From NCBI GenBank assembly GCA_963664115.2, contig CAXWPJ010000009.1, positions 576,001-640,000 on the forward strand: a stretch of DNA of 64,000 nucleotides. The letters are read 5' to 3'. The stretch is from Terriglobia bacterium (GTDB lineage Bacteria; Acidobacteriota; Terriglobia; 20CM-2-55-15). Shown in pieces: positions 59,844 through 64,000 of this stretch. The position numbers were made by a program, and so were the translations under genes. Under the pieces are notes generated by a model, which was not told the origin of the DNA, ran no database searches, and saw only the letters and a list, made by a program, of their open reading frames with translations. Within the stretch, counting starts at the first letter, position 1, and every line of letters begins with the position of its first letter.

Positions 59844-60791
59844 GAGTTCATTCGAAGAAATCCGACTTACAAGAAAGAACAAGCATGGTTCGTCGATCGC
59901 AGAGCTGATTGGTTCGACAAGCACGGAATCGATCTCACTCGAATCTGGCCCGGGGATATCGACGATGCTGATAAATTCGTCCAGGCGCACCTCCATTCGG
60001 ACGACGAGATCTTGGACTGGCGTCTCGGTGTCGACGCCGACCGTGAGGCGATCCACCAGAAGTGGGGAGTAAAGTGGCCGTTCGATCCCGATCTATCCCT
60101 TCCAGCCAGCCGCATAAACCCCGGGAACATCTCGATTCCAGATTGTTTGGATGCAGTGCCGGTCGATGAAGATGTGTATTTCGACGGTGAATCTGCCTCG
60201 GACCGCGCTCGACAGATTCGATCCGACCTGCGGACACATCGGCAACACATCAAGATCCTTCCGACTGACCATCCTGGCCAACCCGGGCCGAACGGGACGT
60301 GGCGTTCCGTTGCGTATCAGATTGGACGTGCTTTGACTTGCTACCTCGGAGATATGGCACCCGACAACTTTCTCGGTTCCAGGATCGTGATGGACGTAGA
60401 AGGTGAGTCACTCGTGATACGGAAAGTCAATTTACCCGGCGACGCCCCCAGCGACATTAGATCAAGCGAGTTTAAGGTCGATCCGAGTCTTGGACGGCTC
60501 GGAAACTACCGACGTTTCAATGAATACATGGAAACTTTCAGCTGGCCCGACGATGACGCCCGTTTCTTCAAGCCATGGAACCCGGTTCCATTGGAAACGT
60601 ACGAGGGCTATCTCCGAGTATGGGACACCCGTAAGCTCAACCCTGACGTCAATTTTGCCGAGATCGCACGGCGACTCGACGGGGACGAATACGCTAAAGA
60701 ATGGCGGCGTGAATCTCTAAGGAAACAGGCTGCCCGCCAGCACCGGAAAGCTCAGGAACTAATCGAAGGCGGCTTTCTCGAGATCCACTAA
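59844..60791 (+). pseudogene. 5'-truncated FseA-like activator (DUF6499-like N-terminus, DUF2285-like HTH C-terminus)
   Basis: Frame open from the IS end: EFIRRNPTY...; C-terminus YLRVWD...FAEIARRL...W..ESLRKQ...AQELIEGGF. Confidence 0.6.
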
Positions 60792-60797
60792 TCCAGC

Positions 60798-60867
60798 CGG
60801 ACATCTGCCGTACACACCCCCTGTACCGCAGATGTCCGTTGACCTTTCCCACCTTGCCGAATTAAAT
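60798..60867 (+). promoter_or_regulatory. 17-bp inverted repeat abutting a sigma70-like promoter
   Basis: CGGACATCTGCCGTACA-N7-TGTACCGCAGATGTCCG (16/17), then TTGACC-N17-TTAAAT. Confidence 0.55.
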
Positions 60868-60874
60868 CGTATGT

Positions 60875-61096
60875 ATGCAGAACACAGCAGCCACGATTCC
60901 ATGCCCAACGTGCCGGCAGTCTCTTCGCGAGCAGCAAAGCAAGACCGGTAAACCGTATTTCATCTGTGGACCGTGCGGAGCTCAGATCTTTATCCGAATG
61001 CAATACGGAATCGATCTGTTGCACCAGACGGCCAGCGATCAGCAGCACGATCGGACAGAGAATCGGGGATTGGCCCATGCTGGGCCTGGAGTGTAA
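60875..61096 (+). CDS. Small zinc-ribbon protein
   Basis: CPTC...KPYFICGPC. Confidence 0.6.
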   Translation: MQNTAATIPCPTCRQSLREQQSKTGKPYFICGPCGAQIFIRMQYGIDLLHQTASDQQHDRTENRGLAHAGPGV

Positions 61097-61112
61097 ATAA
61101 CGGGGAAAATGA

Positions 61113-61140
61113 AAAACGGTGCGCGACAACGCACCGTTTT
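61113..61140. terminator. Hairpin after the zinc-ribbon gene
   Basis: AAAACGGTGCG-N6-CGCACCGTTTT. Confidence 0.5.
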
Positions 61141-61445
61141 CAGAGTTCTGAGGGCCAACCCGGTTAGGATCGGTAACAGAAATCAGTAGAAACCGAATTC
61201 TAGCACAGCAGCCTTCAGAGCTTCCCCATAAATAGCCCACAGCGGAACACCGTTAAGAACGGTTTCTGACGGTTTTCAGAACGGTTTTTTGAATTGTTTT
61301 GAATCTCGTTGGTTTTCGGAAAAACCGAAATCAAACCGTAGTTCTCTCGGAGTTCCCCTACGGGGAAACTTTTCACGGTGGAAACGGTTGATATTTTTCA
61401 AAATCGTTTCTAACGGAAATTAAACGGAAGGAGCGGAGTTTTTAA

Positions 61446-61886
61446 ATGCGAATCAAGATTCCTCTATCTGAAAAGACAGAACAGTTATTACCGACTGGCG
61501 ACTATGTGGCCGAAATCAACGAGGTCTCACCTGGCACCGCGAACACTGGAACCAAGTTCCTGAGAGTAGTCTTCGAGATCGTAGGACCGGATCATGAAGG
61601 CGCTCAGACGGATTGCCAGCTTTACCTAACCGAACGGGCAGCCTGGAAGCTGAACACGCTGCTCGCGGCAGCCGGAGTGGAACCCCAGGGCGACGAGATT
61701 GAGACGGCCGAACTTCTCGGATCGAAACTCCACATTCACGTCAACCAACCGCAGGACTCATCAGGGCAGCCAATGCGACCCGAAGTAACGAGTTTCAGAC
61801 GGTTGGACCCGACCCCGAACGGATCCGAACCGAACGGTCAACCGATTGAAAAACCGAAAATTACGGATGACGACGTTCCGTTCTGA
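61446..61886 (+). CDS. DUF669-like phage ssDNA-binding protein
   Basis: LLPTGDY.AEI.EV...G..FL.V.FEI; SSB-like acidic tail TDDDVPF. Confidence 0.7.
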   Translation: MRIKIPLSEKTEQLLPTGDYVAEINEVSPGTANTGTKFLRVVFEIVGPDHEGAQTDCQLYLTERAAWKLNTLLAAAGVEPQGDEIETAELLGSKLHIHVNQPQDSSGQPMRPEVTSFRRLDPTPNGSEPNGQPIEKPKITDDDVPF

Positions 61887-62146
61887 AACGGAACTCTGCG
61901 TGGCGTAGCGGCAAATGGAGCCGCAGCGGTACCGGTTCGATTCCGGGCGCTCACGAATGCCTGTCCTCCGGCCCGGTTAACCATTCCACGAGTGGGCAAC
62001 GGGGTCTGGCCGACGACGACCCACGACGGCGAACGGCATGCTGGTGCCGGATGGATGGGCGGCCCGGGGGTCCCAGGGGGCAGCGCCCCTTGGTGACCAC
62101 TCGGACACGACGAGTGGAGCGATGGCCAGAACAAGGCGAAACCGGG

Positions 62147-62182
62147 CACACCGGGGGCTATTGCTAGTAAGCCCCCGGTGTG
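62147..62182. other. Candidate rolling-circle double-strand origin hairpin
   Basis: Perfect 13-bp stem CACACCGGGGGCT/AGCCCCCGGTGTG with loop ATTGCTAGTA, immediately upstream of rep. Confidence 0.55.
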
Positions 62183-62205
62183 TCTCAAAACGGAAACGAA
62201 ACACG

Positions 62206-62826
62206 ATGAAACGGAACAAAACTCAACAAATCGAGACGTTCAAGGGAATCGACGATCCCGAGGAATCTCCGCAGTATGTGGGCGGGCAGTGGCGCGAAAG
62301 GATGAGTGGGGGAACCGACCTGAAAGTGGAAGCACATCCTCCACACAACCATGAAGCTCGGCAGCGCATGAACGCAGAAATTCCGGATGAAATGGGACCT
62401 TGGCTCGAAGGCCTTGCGCCCTGGGACTGGTTCTCGACCTATACGTTCAGCCGCCTTGCGACCGCCGAAGGCGCACACACGATGTTTCGGAAGCACCTCA
62501 AGTGGCTCGAACTGAAAGCGGGTCAACCCGTCTATGCGTTTCGTGCAGACGAGTACGGTGCGTTAAACGGTCGTTTTCACCTCCACGCACTGATCGGCAA
62601 TGTCGCGCGTTTAACCCCATGGTGTGGCGAGAAATTGCCACCTGGAACCTGGGGTCTTCCCTGTTGCGGGGTTCACGGATGGCCCTGCGGCCACGCTCGA
62701 GTGCTGCCCTACGATCCCGAGATCGGCGCCGGAGGCTACGTCGCCAAGTACATCACGAAGGAACTCGGCGACTTCGAATTGATTGGCTTCCCGGCGTCCC
62801 CTCAACCCGTACTTCAAAGTGGGTAA
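62206..62826 (+). CDS. HUH rolling-circle replication initiator (start uncertain)
   Basis: Motif I FSTYTF, motif II RFHLHALI, motif III YVAKY. Confidence 0.8.
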   Translation: MKRNKTQQIETFKGIDDPEESPQYVGGQWRERMSGGTDLKVEAHPPHNHEARQRMNAEIPDEMGPWLEGLAPWDWFSTYTFSRLATAEGAHTMFRKHLKWLELKAGQPVYAFRADEYGALNGRFHLHALIGNVARLTPWCGEKLPPGTWGLPCCGVHGWPCGHARVLPYDPEIGAGGYVAKYITKELGDFELIGFPASPQPVLQSG

Positions 62827-62830
62827 GCCG

Positions 62831-63457
62831 ATGTCAACAAAGCCGCGACATCAATCAGACCCGTTGTTGGACCCGGACGACGTCATCCAATGGCCTCCAA
62901 CCTCCGAGACAGATGAGCAGGCAGTTCTATTGGTAACGCCCACTCTGATTGAACGTCGTGCCGCCGTTGACGAGGATTTCCGTTCGCGGGTATTCGGGAC
63001 CGACCAAGCTGTCATGGATACGCTTGCCCGTGCAGCGATGGAAGCGGGCATGTCTCTGATGGATCTAATTCATTCGGAGCTTGGCAAGTCAAAGTCAGAC
63101 AGAATCACAACCGTTTTGAAGGAAACACTCAAGCGTATCTACGATGCCGAAAAACATCGCTTGGCGCGTCGACGGGAAGTCGAGCGGATCCGGAGATCGC
63201 GTCCGGGACGCGTCGTAATCAAAGGCCTCCCACTCAAACGATTCTACCGAGTCCGCCGAAGGTTGCTCGACAGTTGGTCCAACACGGAGCATTTTCTGAA
63301 CGAAGCGCAATGCGACCTAGAGCAGGAAAACGGACCACACGTGAAGCTTGTCACCATGTACCGGTACGGCGGACCAAGGATCAATGTGGTCGCCGTGTTC
63401 CAGGTCGATGCCCCTGAGGAGGTAGTTCGAAATGGCAAAGAAGAAACGGAAGGATAA
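62831..63457 (+). CDS. Hypothetical protein of the element
   Basis: ATG 4 nt after the rep stop; 208 aa. Confidence 0.6.
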   Translation: MSTKPRHQSDPLLDPDDVIQWPPTSETDEQAVLLVTPTLIERRAAVDEDFRSRVFGTDQAVMDTLARAAMEAGMSLMDLIHSELGKSKSDRITTVLKETLKRIYDAEKHRLARRREVERIRRSRPGRVVIKGLPLKRFYRVRRRLLDSWSNTEHFLNEAQCDLEQENGPHVKLVTMYRYGGPRINVVAVFQVDAPEEVVRNGKEETEG

Positions 63458-63611
63458 GAAGAAACGGAAGACCCGATCTGTCAGTCTCGAAGGTTTCGAG
63501 ATCGGAACCGCAGAATGGTTTCCAGATTGTGAACCGACAACTTACGTCGACGGCTTCCCGGCCTACTGGATCGACGGAAAGTTGGTGATCTATATCCCCC
63601 TGGTCGCGTAA
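63432..63611 (+). CDS. 59-aa protein with Lys/Arg-rich N-terminus
   Basis: GAGGAGG RBS; MAKKKRKDKKKRKTRS...; stop abuts next ATG; below ORF-track cutoff. Confidence 0.55.
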   Translation: MAKKKRKDKKKRKTRSVSLEGFEIGTAEWFPDCEPTTYVDGFPAYWIDGKLVIYIPLVA

Positions 63612-63860
63612 ATGATCGGCAAACCCATCGCACTCATCCAAGTCCCAAACCAGCGACTCTTTAGCGTCCGAGCCGCAGCCCAATACCTGGGGATCCATGA
63701 ACAGACTCTCCGAAAGCTAACGGAAGAGGGTGAGGTCCGGGCACGCCGATCAGGAAGCCGGCGCGTGTATGCGCTGGAGGATCTGGATTCCTACGTCGCA
63801 TCGCTTCCTGAGTGGTACGATGCCGGCGGCGAAGAATCCGGGACAGAAGGGAGGTCCTAG
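63612..63860 (+). CDS. Excisionase-type HTH_17 DNA-binding protein
   Basis: LFSVRAAAQYLGIHEQTLRKL...G...RRVYALEDLD. Confidence 0.82.
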   Translation: MIGKPIALIQVPNQRLFSVRAAAQYLGIHEQTLRKLTEEGEVRARRSGSRRVYALEDLDSYVASLPEWYDAGGEESGTEGRS

Positions 63861-64000
63861 ATGGGAATTCTTCGCAGGCGAGACCAATCCGGCGGTAACC
63901 GGATTGAACTCTCGAAGCGATGGCCGGACGGGTCCCGGTTCCGGCGTTACTTTCCAAACAAAACGATGGCAGCAAAGACGCTGGCCAGGATTGAAGAATC
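63861..64000 (+). CDS. Probable integrase N-terminus (partial)
   Basis: GGGAGG RBS; ATG abuts xis stop; MGILRRR...RWPDGSRFRRYFPNKTMA resembles an arm-binding domain; catalytic domain outside the window. Confidence 0.45.
   Translation, partial: MGILRRRDQSGGNRIELSKRWPDGSRFRRYFPNKTMAAKTLARIEE

Larger units (their letters stand above)
59844..64000 (+). mobile_element. Small integrative rolling-circle element or satellite (left end lost, right end outside the window)
   Basis: Co-oriented activator, SSB-like, origin, HUH Rep, xis and int-like genes. Confidence 0.7.

Noticed and set aside
58294-60791. Removing IS256 gives an in-frame plus-strand join (...IDKDKS-EFIRRNP...), suggesting one interrupted gene
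   Set aside because: The left flank is clearly coding on the minus strand (WbsX motif) and there is no TSD, so the join is likely coincidental
61098-61440. CRISPR-like array
   Set aside because: Motifs are only 5-8 nt, irregularly spaced and in both orientations; no repeat-spacer periodicity or cas genes

Overview
A mostly chromosomal bacterial window; gene content is consistent with an acidobacterium-like organism (inference only). From left to right: (i) ~1-17.3 kb, a minus-strand envelope block with an acyltransferase, a Wzm/Wzt ABC exporter, a reduced type II secretion cluster (E-F-G-L-M-C-D), an ECF sigma/anti-sigma pair, a GT2, rmlD and an NDP-sugar epimerase. (ii) 17.4-19.2 kb, a yqaA-like gene followed by two genes the ORF track splits at in-frame TGA codons: an AhpE-type peroxiredoxin (FTPV-U) and a stand-alone PrdB/GrdB-like protein (U-P-L-C), each followed by a SECIS-like hairpin, i.e. 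a probable tandem selenoprotein operon. (iii) Housekeeping genes (ispG, acs, acyl-CoA ligase, peptidases, oxidoreductases) with an IS630 inserted at a ferredoxin stop codon. (iv) 41.7-58 kb, motAB, flbD, a nonulosonic-acid/flagellin glycosylation operon with an embedded hybrid histidine kinase, two short flagellins, fliD and fliS, with sigma28-type promoters and CsrA-type sites. (v) 58-64 kb, an IS256 with no target duplication that joins the 3' end of a WbsX-like gene to a 5'-truncated FseA-like (DUF6499+DUF2285) activator, followed by a small integrative element (zinc ribbon, DUF669/SSB-like protein, hairpin origin, HUH rolling-circle Rep, excisionase, and a probable integrase running off the window). 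No rRNA, tRNA or CRISPR array was recognised. All family assignments come from motif recognition, not database searches.
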